Shown here one piece after another: positions 37,410-49,757 of a stretch of DNA of 64,000 nt. The stretch lies in the NCBI RefSeq assembly GCF_009914755.1, contig NC_060930.1. The stretch is one strand, 5' to 3'. The stretch comes from the human T2T-CHM13v2.0 reference genome, Homo sapiens. Both the position numbers and the translations under genes were made by a program. Under the pieces are notes generated by a model. The model ran no database searches, had not been told where the DNA came from, and saw only the letters and a program-made list of their open reading frames with translations. The first letter of the stretch is position 1. Each line of letters begins with the position of its first letter.

Positions 37410-40400
37410 GTTTTTTTCTTTTTAAAGAGTCACTGAGATAATGCTACTTAATCTAGACCTACAGAATTAAAATATCATAAGTTAAGAAGTAGGGCTGGCA
37501 GGTGGAAATTATTCTCTCCGCTGGATATTTGTTCTACTGCATCCTAACATTTGAATATGCAGGAATCTGTGGACCCAAAACTTCTGTATGAAGGCTCATG
37601 ATCCAGACTTTGCGTTCAGATGGTCTGATGGTGCCTAATCACAGGCTATGTCCTTTGGTTCCCAGTTTTCTTGTCTATGTAAATGGCTAAATCTGCAAGA
37701 AATACAGTGGTGACCCCAAGATTTTCTTACTCATTGACTGTTATATGCTCAGTATAAAATTTGGAATGTTAAGCATATTCTCTTGTAATTCTTTGAAAAT
37801 ATTAAATATTACCTCATCTATAATTTATTTTGAACTCCAATTAGCCTTAATATTAAATTAAACTTCACCATGTATTCCTAGACTATTCCAAGTACCTGGG
37901 AGCTAATACTTCATTTAAAAATGTACCATGGGTAAGTTCTTTTTTATAGTTAATACATTTTTTAGCATTAAGTTGACTAACATTTTTACATGACATTTAT
38001 GCAACTTCATCTATTATGGATTAATTTGGCTATTTTATATTTCAGGACTCATAACTCTTGATTTTCTAAGAGATTTTTAAATTGCTATTGCCAGAAGAAG
38101 TACCTTTTAGGAATTACAAGCAAAAATGAATACTTAAACTGCATTTTTAATACTTATTTACTCCACAAATTATGGAGATTCTGTTTCCAAAGCTAAACTT
38201 GGAACCTATTGTTCAATGCGTGGTCTGACAAGTGGTCTTGAGAAATGGATTCCTGTTTGGAATCAAGACTGTCTAGCCTGTGGATACCACACTCAGAGAG
38301 GCTGACACAGTGCTTTGCATAAGCTAGAAGAAACTTGCTGGAGTGCAGGATTGTATTGTGTCTGGCTTCAAGTTCTTCATTGCTTCTTTGGGTCTTGAAA
38401 GGACACTTGATGCTCCATGGTCAACAATTATAGACAAGATTTCCAATGCTGTTCCAAGAACTTTCTCCATCTCACCACTTCACCAGAGACCCAAGGTGAA
38501 GAAAATAAGTTAGAATAATCAGGAACTGGAAAGGGTGAGAGAAAAATGGGGATTGTGTTAGGATTCAAGCCCAGTGTGATCTTGCTTCAGTCTGGTGTTA
38601 GCCACTTTTTCTCATGCATGCCTGTGCTGACTCAGTTACTACCCTTGTTACCTTGCTCAATTTAAAGTTTTGTACCTGAACTCAAGTGCAAGCACAAGTA
38701 CTGCCTGAGGGTAGTCTAATGTAATAAAAAGCAGAAGTGAAAACATAGAACTAAGCACTGAAAAGCAAATGTACAGGCATTTTATAACTGGAAGTTCATC
38801 TTCCAATGCCACAATAGTCATTAAGAGAAACAGCATGAGGGATCAATATCGTGCTGGCTTAAACCAGCTAGCTGTGCTCTGGCTCATGGGGATGGCAATG
38901 TTTTGTCACTTGGGAGAGTATGAGTTGCTTTATAGGAAGATTAAGAACCTCCAACCAGAGCTGAATGTAGTCCCTGCTTCCAGGCCTACTATTACATGTC
39001 TTTTCTGCAGTTGTATTGGATGCCCCAGGGTAGTGCACAAATACCTGTCTTTCAGTTCACAAACAGGTGTTGGCTTAGGAGTGGGGCAGGGTATCTTCCT
39101 ACCGCACAGAATGGAGCACCTCAAGCTCTTTGTCTCCAGCATTCACAGCCTTCTGGACAGTGGACATCAGGCTTTCCCAGAAGGTGAGCAAGCCCTGATT
39201 CTTTGCCTTGCCCAGCTGGAGAGAACATATAAGGGGCAATGCAGAGCAATGGTGCTGTCTTTTGATGTGCTGTTGAACTGCCTTTTGCAGGGAGGATTCT
39301 GCCCCTTGCATTGTGGATGTGAAACTGTGATTAAACCTTCAATGAGTGCTGCTTTACTAGGCAACGCGGGGACAGTGCCTGGAATCTAGTCAGTTCATTG
39401 ATAAAACTCGAGGTTGAAAGCATGACTGTTCCTTTGTGTAAGTGCATCCAGGCCTTATTAACGGGCCACTGCCCAACTCTGCCATCTGATTCAGCCACTG
39501 ACTAATAGGAGACATTGCAGAGGCCATTTTAAAGTGCCTACAAGGGAAGCTTTTAATCTCTTATTGGAAAATTTCAGGACTCGCCAAATGTCAGTAAGGC
39601 CCCTGTTGGTAGGTTAGGATTTCAGCAGAGACTGTGGACAGTTAATATTTAGGCAAATATCCAGGAGGGCAGGGAAACCCTATCCTTCTCAGTGCACATA
39701 TTTTCTGTATTTTCTTCAAGCAGCTATCTAACTTCAAAGTCAGGCATTTGTCATAACTCTTACCATCAAAATGAAAGCTGAAAAAGGAGAGAAGATGAAT
39801 AAGGACATCTATTTCTTCCACTTTGGTCCATGGAGCAATATTCTAAGCCTGCGGTGATGACTTCCTTCCTGGCCCTGGGAGGGTGCTTTTTCTTTAGCCA
39901 TGTGCTTGGTGGGCATCTCTCCTCCTGACTCGGGTATCCTGAGTGATTTGTGACTCTGCCTGTGCATCCAGCGTGTCATCATTTTTTCTTCCATCTTCCT
40001 CAGACATATTTCTGGGTAAAACAAATATTTATCAAAAGAAAGAATGACCCCAATCACCCACGTGAATATTTTAATATTTATTGATTCTAATTTTTTTTGG
40101 TCACTCTTCATCTCTTCTAGAAATACCTTTGTCATTTTCAGTTTTCAGAGGTTAGTGAGCCTCAAACTATACAACACTGGAGCCCTGTGCTTTAGAAAGC
40201 CACAAGAATTAAAGAAAAAAGAGCATCAAAGTGTAAAACATTGTAATGGTACTGAATATGTATAAGAATTTTCAGAATAGTTTCTACCAAGCATCCAAAA
40301 AGCTTGAATTTTAGATGCGATCTTGATAGAAATATCTGAAAAACAGTTTTGTCATACAGTCCATTGTTCCTTTGGACTATTTATTGAGAAATATGGAAGA

Positions 40401-40452
40401 TTTACATAGGGTTATATAAAGTTGTGAGTCCTTGGTACTGGCTGTTAAGATA

Positions 40453-41648
40453 TAGTCATGTGCCACATAATGACATTTTGGTCAGTGACAGACTGCATAT
40501 ACAGTGGTCCCATAAGATCATAATGGAGCTGAAAAATTTCTATCGCCTAATGATATAGCCATTGTAATATTGTAGCACAAGATACTACTCATGTGTTTGT
40601 GGTGATGCTTGTGTAAACAAACCTGCTGTGTTGCCAGTTGCATAAAAGTATAGCACATACAATTATGTACACTACGTAATACTTGATAATAAGTGAACAA
40701 GTTACTGGCTTATGCATTTACCATACTATGCTTTTTATTGTTATTTTAGACGGTACTCCTACTTTAAAAAAAAAGTTAACTGTAAAACGGCCTCAGGCAG
40801 GTCCTTCAGGAGGTGTTCCGAAAGAAGGCATTGTTATCATAGGAGATGACAGCTCTATGAGTGTTATTGCCTGTGAAAGCCTTCCAGTGGGACAAGATGT
40901 GGAGTGGAAGACAGTGATATTGATTATCCTGACCCTGTGTAGACCTAGACTAATGTGTGTATTTGTGTATTAGTTTTTAACAAAAGTTTAAAAAGTAAAA
41001 AGTAAAAATAAAAAATTTTAAAAATAGGAAAAAGTGTATAGAATAAAGATATAAATACAAATATTTTTGCATAGCTGTACAATGTATTTGTGTTTTAAAC
41101 TGTTATCACAAAAGAGTCAAAAAGTTAAAAAAATTAAAAGTAAAAAAGATATAATAAGCTAATGTCCATTTGTTATTGAAAAAAGGAAAATTTTAAAAAT
41201 AAATGTAGTATAGCCTAAATGAATCACGCTTATGGTCTACAGCGGTGCATAATGATATCCTAGACCTTCACATTCACCAACCACTCACTCACTGACTCAC
41301 CCAGAGAAACTTCAGTCCTCCAAGTTCCATTCATGGTAGGTTCCCTGTACAAATGTACCATTTTTTGTCTTTTATACCATATTTTTTCTGTACCTTTTCT
41401 ATATTTAGATATGTTTAGATACACAAATACTTACCATTGTGTTACGATTGCCTACAGTATTCAGTAAAGTAACATGCTGTACAGGTTTGTAGCCTAGGAG
41501 CAGTAGGCCATGCCACAGAGCCTAGGTGTGCAGTAAGCTATGCCATCTCGGTTTATGTAAGTACATTCTATGATGTTTGCACAAAGAGGAAATTGCCCAG
41601 TGATACATTTCCCAGAGTGTTTCCTCATTGTTAAGCTACACATGACTA
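40453..41648 (+). mobile_element. Tigger3-like (Golem/MER7) DNA transposon, ~1.2 kb
   Basis: TA|tagtcatgtgccacataatga...ttaagctacacatgacta|TA inverted termini. Internal 'cctcaggcaggtccttcaggagg' and 'cattcaccaaccactcactcactgactcacccaga'. Confidence 0.9.
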
Positions 41649-41837
41649 TATACTTCTTTATATGTTTAAAGAGTAACAGTTTTACATCTCACTTCGTTGA
41701 CAATTCTTAGTTAGCCACAGAGTGTTTCAGTGAAAGACTATAGTAAAATACTCATTCATTTGGTAGAACTTTGCATTTTGAGAATATCTAATCCCTAATT
41801 TGTTGTTACCGTAACTGTGGAATTCCTGTTTTGGAGA

Positions 41838-42078
41838 GATAGTTTAGTGAACTAAGAGCATGGACTTCAGAGGCAGGCTGGTTGGTTTAGATTCCAACTT
41901 CCACGTGCTTGTTGCAGGATCCTGGGTGAATCACTTAAACTCTCCCTGCATCAATTTCTTCATTTATAAAATGAGGATATTCAAAGGGCTGTTATGAGAT
42001 CTATCAAGCTGATCTAAATCATGCATGTTCCCTTGAACAGTGTGACACATGGGAACACTACACGAGTGTCCATTATTT
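41838..42078 (+). mobile_element. MIR
   Basis: 'taagagcatggacttcagaggcagg...tcacttaaactctccctgcatcaatttcttcatttataaaatgagg'. Confidence 0.85.
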
Positions 42079-42654
42079 CCTAACATTGTAAGTCCCTTAA
42101 ATGGGTATAGTAGTGCACTCTGAGCAGGATGGGGAACTGCAAGAAGAGGAGACTGAGGCAGCCTCCTAGTTCTCTTGTTAGGACTGTGTTTGAGAGTTGA
42201 GTACCCTCCTTTTTTAAGCACATTGTACTAAATGCTGTCCTCCAGGTCCAGGACTTATGAGTGAGACTTCCATGTTACAAGGGCCTTTTGACATTTCAGT
42301 AACAAAATCTCTGTCTGTAGGGCCAGAGGCAAAGTTTCCCAATGCTCAGCGTGTCATATCTGAGGGAAAGAAAACAATTCTAGCATCCAGAAATAGACAT
42401 GTCTTGCCATACCTGAGATGTAGGAAAATTAAATGAAATATATTTGTACATAATACATAGATATAAAGGTAGGATTCACTAAACACACTTTTTGGATGAA
42501 TAATGTGTGGATTAAGAAAAGGAATGCACAATGGCATTTGAAATTCCTCCCCTCTATGTACAGTTGAAGAACAGTCTGCTGAACCAAGAAGTTTCGACGT
42601 ATAATACCTGACATATATAAATGCATAAAGAATGCTACTTATAAGTTAAAACAA

Positions 42655-42870
42655 TTATTTTTGATCCCCCTACTATGTGATAAACAATTTCACAAGCTTT
42701 CTCAATTAATATTCTCCATAGATATATGAATTATATGTTATTTTCATTTTTAGAGAGAGGAAAACTGAAGTCATGAGAGATTTATTTGAGGTTATAAACA
42801 GCTAATAATTGACAAGGCAGCATTCAAATCCAGGAATTTCTGACTCTGAATCCACACACTTTTCAGTATC
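42655..42870 (-). mobile_element. MIR
   Basis: 'cattttagagagaggaaaactgaag...cagctaataa...attcaaatccagg...tctgactc'. Confidence 0.75.
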
Positions 42871-43087
42871 ATCTTACTCTTTCAAGGATAATTTAGTTCA
42901 GTCCAGTGGAAAATTACTAAGCCCCTATTGATTGCAAGGCATTGAAGAGGGTGCTAGGGTTATGAAACAAACCAGACTGGCATGCTCCCTGCCTTCGAGG
43001 AACTGATAGTCTAGAGGGGTTGACAAATATTACAAACTATCTATGTTTGCTTCTTTCTTTCTGTGTATTCCTAGATGTGTGTATTCA

Positions 43088-43160
43088 GAACACAGTGCCT
43101 TACAAACTGTCTAAACTGTATAAACTGTATGGTTTAGACAGTTTGTAAGGCACTGTGTTC
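43088..43160. repeat. Perfect 29-bp inverted repeat with 15-nt spacer
   Basis: gaacacagtgccttacaaactgtctaaac (43088-43116) and its exact reverse complement (43132-43160). Confidence 0.97.
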
Positions 43161-45734
43161 CCTTGAAGATAATATCTTTAAATGAACTTGTTTGTACAGA
43201 AATATGCACATCTCACATTCTTAACCCCATTACCTAACATTGCCACCTGACAAGGCAGTTTACAGACTAGATTATGTACATTATAGGCTCATCATTGATT
43301 TGGTTTCTCTAAAGAATCAGGGGGAGGATTATAATTTAGCAAGTTACTATGTATTTCATGTTAAAATAAAACATCTTACTATGTCAGCTTTCTTACTTCC
43401 AACACTGCAACTAAAGCTGGGTAGATTTATCCTGATATTGTAGAGCTCATGTAGAAAGGGGGAAGAGGGAAAGAAAAGCGATTTATCTGGTATATCCCCC
43501 CCAAAAGTGGGTACAGTATGAATGAAGTGTATTCTCTGCAGAAGGAAAAGTTGTGTATCAAGTGATGCTTGATAGAGAAAGAACAATTAATAGTATAGGC
43601 ATGGGAGAGACAAAAGTCAGGTGACCAGAGAAACAGGGAGAGAATGAGGGGTGATGGGATGTTTCAGAGCTTATTTTAGGAAAGATTGTACTGTTTGTTT
43701 CTTACGTCTACATAGTTATATGAAACTTGCATTCCTTCATTGACTGGGCTCTTTCCACCTAGGAACTTAAGAGCTTAAGAGGAGAAAGACATGTGCCATA
43801 TGATACCCTGCTCTGAATCACTTGTCTTTGACTAGCTTGGTACTACTTAACATAGTATTACAATATCTCCTTCAGGTCTGTATGCAAAAAAAATTTAAAA
43901 AAATGGAATGGAAATCAAAAGGAGAATGTGTTACATTTCTCTTAAGTGAATCACACATTCCCTTTAGGTCTAGCCCCTTTCTTTTTTTCTATCCTCAGTA
44001 CTTGGGCAGTTGCTCATTTACAATGGGAACCTCTATAATGAACTCCATGAAAAACTTGGAAATGAGACAGCTGAATCGCCATGAATGGATAACTGAAGAA
44101 TCTCTAGCAGATTCAATTATTCTGACAACATTTTTATTCTGCTTTATCACTGAAACTATTCAGAAAGCTAGAACTACTGCAGGCAGGACACCAAGACCCC
44201 TGGTCATCTCTACAGGATGGGAACATTTAGTAAAACCAAATGGAAAACTTGTGAGCTCTTCCTTCCCAGCTGATGCTCAGGCAGTCTGGACAAAGGACTG
44301 ATTAATAGAAGAGAGCTCAGCCTGAAGCTCTGGAGTTGCTTCGTCGGGTCTAGAAGGGAAGTGATTTCCAGGACCTCTCAATCCTGTGTCTGTCTTCCTA
44401 TTCCTCCACTCCTCCTCTTAGTTGCCTTTTGTGCTCAGTTAACATAAAGCACAGATACACAGTGTTTCCTGAAGGACCTGACTGCCATTTTTTTTATTCC
44501 ACTATCAGTTTCTTTAATCTAGCTATTAGTCCGTTTTGAAGTCTCACATTAGATATACAATCCAACATATACAAATGTAATGTTTCCCAGTAATCCACTG
44601 TGAAAGGAGAGATTTATTTCTAGGGTTGAACATACTAATATATGACATGTTTCATTTTCTGTGATTCTAATTCAATGCAACTCAATCAATAGCTCTTCCT
44701 ATATTTATGTCTAGCTTGTGATACCTAGTCTTACAGTTTATACATAAATATATGTGGAGAAAAGTCTTGGCTGGAGGAAGATGGTGGTAAGTTATATCAG
44801 AACTCAGTTTATGCATAGAATAAATACCCATAGTAATTGTTATTCATGTGTGTGAGGACCTGTGTCTGATGATACTATTGAAGATGCTGTGTAGTTATGT
44901 TTTTAACATTTAGATGTTTAGTAACTCTTGTATTATCGACTGGATCACTCGGTTTCCATTTAAGGGTTTGAGTCCTCAATGTATAACATTGCTTTAGAAT
45001 TCAGGATCAATCCATTGCCAGACTAAGATATAACCATATACAAGAGGTGAGATGAGCAGGGGACTGCCTTTCCCATCCTGTCTATCAGCCTCCCTTCTTG
45101 AGTACTGTGTGTAGATGAGGAAGCAGCATAGCTCATGAAATTAGTCCCCTGGTATTTTAATACAAAAAAACAAAACTTGAGGTGTGATGTTTTGCAAGGC
45201 AGTGAGAATTATTTTTTCCCTTCACTTATTAAAACTTCCCATTGTTTCAGTAGTTGTTTCAGCATGTTTACATTTTGAAATGACTCCCTCCTTGCTTTTT
45301 AAAAATGCAAGTCCTTGAACACCACCACACACACAAACACACAAAAGATTTTGATTCCGTCTTCTTTGATGTAAAACTGTGGGGTCTTATATAATCATCT
45401 GCTCACCCAGAGAGCAGATGCTGCTCTCTTTCTTGGCAAACAAAGCTTGGATGAAAAGGGCAACAATGCAGGGAAGATGTGAACGCCCACCACTCCTCTC
45501 CTACTGATAGACACTGGACTCCCCTGGAGGGCCTGCCAGCTCCCATCAGCTGCAAGACTTAGGGTACTCCTGGGGGATCAAAGAAGAAAGTGTCTTCATT
45601 GTGTACTTGCTGGAGAAGAAACACTGAAAAATGCAGAAAACATAAGACTCGATCAGCTAGGCACTCTTTAATTGTAATTTTGTTGCTCTGCCCACTTGCA
45701 TAGTGCTAGAAGCTCTGCTACATGTGTGAAGGGG

Positions 45735-46180
45735 ACAGTGTGTTAGAGCTTGTGCTGGGGGACCTGAGACATTGGGGCTCAGAGCCTCATTCCATCACTT
45801 CCTACCTCTGTGATCTGACCACACATCTTAAACTCTCAGAGCCCCGGTTTCCTTATGCTGTGGTGTGTTCGTAAACCCATTGGAGGGGAGGGGGAAGGAA
45901 GGAAGCCAGGGACCTGGATTTGTAACACTTGCCAATTTCCGTGATTTATCTACTTCCAATATGGCAATTTCAAAATACCTAAGGTTGTGGCTTGCAAAAC
46001 TCTGGAATATTTAACAGTAGGCTCATTAAGTGGCCCAAGTACATCATTGCTGATCTATAAAATGACCATACTAGAATTTACCACATATGATTGTGGTAAG
46101 GATTACTGAGACAACATATGCAAAGTTCTCAGCACCCTAAGTTTTGGCGTAAAGTAAATAGTAAATACTTAGTGATTAGT
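45735..46180 (+). mobile_element. MIR interrupted by a MER63-like element
   Basis: The MIR core '...ttaaactctcagagccccggtttcctta' breaks at 45857 and resumes 'atctataaaatga' at ~46053. Confidence 0.7.
45858..46049 (+). mobile_element. MER63-like hAT DNA element
   Basis: 'ctgtggtgtgttcgtaaa...gatttgtaacacttgccaatttccgtg...atggcaatttcaa...agtacatcattg'. Confidence 0.6.
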
Positions 46181-46640
46181 TACTATTTTATTTTATTGTT
46201 TTTTTTTTTTGGCTGCATATCACTTTTAGGGGGACTTTGTGCCAGCGATTCTAACTCTGGCTTCAGAGTATCACACATCACATATGCACAAAATGGTTAC
46301 ATGTGCGCATTCTAAGGGTAAAACTAATTTTTATTTTAATTCTTAATCATTGTGTGCTACACGATAATATTAGAGGGAAAAAGGGATTCTTAAAAATGTG
46401 AAAGTAAACATTTCCAAGAAACTGTTAATTGATGCTTTTTAAACTCCTAAAGTCTTTCTAGACAATTTTCCCCCCTGAATTCTTGAAGATTTTTCACCAA
46501 ATCTTGAATACTTTATGTATTTTTAGTGACTGATTCTGTACTCTCTTTCACTGGGGAACCTTGTTAAGGAGGTTTTATTGATGACCCTTACTTTGGTTGG
46601 GTATAAACATGATTGTTTTTGCTTGTTTCCCCACCACTTT

Positions 46641-47066
46641 ATTTTTTTTAAATTAAATTAAATTTTAAGTTCTGGGATACATGTGCAGGATGTGCGGGTT
46701 TGTTACATAGGTAAACATGCGCCATGGTGGTTTGCTGCACCTATCAAGTCATTACCTAGGTATTAAGCCCCACATGCATTAAGTATTTATCCTGATGCTC
46801 TCCCTTCCCTCTGTACCCCTGACAGGTTCCAGTGTGTGCTGTTCCATGTCCCTCCCTGCATCCATGTGTTCTCATTGTTCAGCTCCCACTTACAAGTGAG
46901 AACATGCAGTGTTTGGTTTTCTGTTCTTGTGTTAGTTTGCTGAGGATAATGGCTTCCAGCTCCATCCACGTCCCTGCAAAGGACATGATCTTATTCCTTT
47001 TTATGGCTGCATAGTATTCCATAGTGTATATGTACCATATTTTCTTTCTCCAGTCTATCATTGATG
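46641..47066 (-). mobile_element. 5'-truncated L1PA (older primate subfamily), 3' end
   Basis: 'ttttaagttctgggatacatgtgcagga...tttatggctgcatagtattcca'. TSD cccaccacttt (46630/47070). Confidence 0.95.
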
Positions 47067-47574
47067 TTGCCCACCACTTTCACCTGTGCTTTCTCATGTT
47101 CTCTTTGCCCAGCCTTCACAACATATTGGGAATATCCCTAACCTTTCTGGTTGCTTTGACTTATTAAACATTTAGCCAGTCCAGTTTAAATTTTTACTCT
47201 CACATCCAATTTAAAACTTCCTCTCTTCTCTAGTGCAGACTCCACTAGTGACCTAAGTAGCTTGGAGGTGGGACCTAAACTACTATTTGTACACTGTTCT
47301 TTCCTGTTTTTTTCTAGGCAAACTCATCCATTATTGGCTGCAAGAAGGACCTGAGAAGAGAGGGTGATGTTTCATCATGTAATTGAGTGAGGCCTAGGCC
47401 TCTCCTTTTGCTGTTTCTTTGACTGATAGTGACTAGTCACTGGAAGAGGTGTTGCCTCTCCTGTAGAGCAGAGAGCACTCTGGAGGACCCTGAGGGCTTC
47501 CTAACTCCACTTCTCTCTGGTGTGAAGATTTAGGCTCTGGCTTGATCAGCATCCTCCCACTTAGCTCAAGCCAC

Positions 47575-48067
47575 TGTTACAGAAACACCAGGGATTTGGT
47601 CTAGGACTTGCTGCTCACCACACAGAAACCTAATCACTGAGACAACAAGTATTGCCAGGGAAGAAGGCTTTAATCCAGTGCTGCAGCAGAGGAGACGGGA
47701 GGTCAGTCGCAAATTCATTTCTCTGACTGACTAAAGTTAGGGGTTCATATAGCAGGGAATAAATGTAACTACATGCAGGAAAACAGAAATAAGGGAGGGA
47801 TACGGAAGAGGAGTTGGCCAACAGGAAGGAGACGGTCACTTAGGCAATCATAACGAGTGAGGAGTCTGACATCTCATTGACCAGATCTGGTCATCTGATA
47901 AGTTTCAGTTGCTTGATAGGATCTGGTAGAACTGACAGTTGATTTTCTAAGAAAGGAACTCAGATAAGACAAATATAATTTTCCTGAGTTTCTAAGAGGG
48001 TGGATTTCTATGTTTATTCAAAATACCCATAAACATCAGTTATATGAGACAGTTGGGTCAGTTTCCA
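47575..48067 (-). mobile_element. ERV1 solo LTR, LOR1-like
   Basis: Reverse-complement homologue of 11711-12207, with TSD ccac (47571/48068). Confidence 0.85.
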
Positions 48068-48484
48068 CCACCACTGCTTACCCTACAGCCTCTATGGTGG
48101 TGCCAGCAACATGCCACAAGTCCAGTGGCCTCCAGGAAAGGACATGCAAGTCATAGTTCACAAATCCTTGCCCTCAACCAAGTGGTAGGAGCAAACATTG
48201 AGCTACTGGCAAGCCTTTTTTCAGGCCTACCATCTCTCCTCAGTTCTTATGAACCCTGCTTAGATTGCAGAAACAGGTGAGGCTGCTGCCAAAGCAGAAG
48301 TTTTCCTTCTGGCATTTACCCCAGTCTTTTGGAATGAATGGCCTGGAGGCCCTCTCCATTGTATTAGGGAGGAAGAGCACCCGTCCTCCCTCCCCAAAAG
48401 GATTCTGGACCATGAGGTTGATTCCCTCACAGAGCTGAGGACTCTCATTATTCCCACCCCACAGCTGGGGTGGTAGACGGTGGA

Positions 48485-49757
48485 TGTATGTGTTTGCTCT
48501 GGCTGACATAACATAGTACCACAGACTGGGTGGCTTAAATGATAGAAATTTATTTTCTCACAGTTCTGGTGTTGGCAGTGAGAGGTGAAGCCAGCTGGGC
48601 TTCTGGGTTGGGTGGGGACTTGGAGAACCTTTCTGTCTAGCTAAAGGATTGTAAATGCACCAATCAGCACTCTGTGTCTAGCTAAAGGTTTGTAAATGCA
48701 CCAATCAGCGCTCTGTCTAACTGATCGGGTAGGGGACCTGGAGAACTTTTCTGTCTAGCTAAAGGATTATAAATACACCAGTCAGCACTCTGTGTCTAGC
48801 TAAAGGTTTGTAAACGCACCAGTCAGCACTCTGTCAAAATGGACCAATCAGCACTCTGTAAAGCAGGCCAATCAGCACTCTGTAAAACCGACCAATCAGC
48901 TCTCTGTAAAATGGACCAATTAGCAGGATGTAGGTTGGGCCAAATAAGGGAATAAAAGCAGGCCACCGCCCCCCCTACTCCCGCCCCGCCCCAAGCAGCA
49001 GCGGTACCCTGCTGGGGTCCCTGTCCATGCTGTGGAAGCTTTGTTCTTTCGCACTTCGCAATAAATCTTGCTGCTGCTCACTCTTTGGGTCCACACTGCC
49101 TTTATGAGATGTAACACTCACGGCAAAGGTCTTCAGCTTCGCTCCTGAAGTCAGCGAGACCACGAACCCACCGGCAGGAACTAACAACTCCAGAGGCACT
49201 GCCTTTAAGAGCTGTAACACTCGCCGCGAAGATCTGCAGCTTCACTCCTGAAGACCACCAACCCACCAGGAGGAGGAATGAACAACTCGGGATGCGCTGC
49301 CTTTATGAACTGTAACACTCACTGTGAAGGTCTGCAGCTTCACTCCTGAAGTCAGCGAGACCACGAACCCACCAGAAGGAAGAAACTCCGGACACACCAT
49401 TTTTAAGAACTGTAACACTCACCACGAGGGTCCGTGGCTTCATTCTTGAAGTCAGCGAGACCAAGAACCAACCAATTCTGGACACAGCAGGATTGGTTCT
49501 TCTGAGGCCTCTCTCCTTGGCTTGTTGATGGCCATCTTCTCCCTGTGTCTTCACATGGTCTTGTCTCTGTTTCCTGTGTCCAAATTTCCTCTTCTTGTAA
49601 AGCCATTAGCCATATTGGATTATGGCCACTCTAAAGACCTCATTTCCACTCCATTACCTCTTTAAATACCCTGTGTCCAAATACAGTCACATTCTGAGGT
49701 ATTGAGAGTTAGGACTTCAACATGTGAATTGTGGGGGACACAATTCAGTGCATCACA
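48485..49757 (-). mobile_element. MLT1 (A/B/C-like) LTR split by LTR12
   Basis: 'gtaccacagactgggtggcttaaa...ttctcacagttctgg', then after 49490 'ctgaggcctctctccttggcttg...acagtcacattctgaggta...gggacacaattca'. Confidence 0.85.
48579..49486 (+). mobile_element. LTR12 (ERV9) solo LTR
   Basis: Starts tgagaggtgaagccagctgggcttctggg and ends ctggacaca. Contains tandem 'ctagctaaagg...ccaatcagc' units and U5 repeats 'tgtaacactc'. TSD gcag (48575/49487). Confidence 0.95.

Noticed and set aside
38769-39389. 206-aa ORF, the longest outside obvious repeats
   Set aside because: No recognisable domain, no promoter or exon context, and it ends in L2-like sequence. PhyloCSF or Ribo-seq would be needed to revive it.
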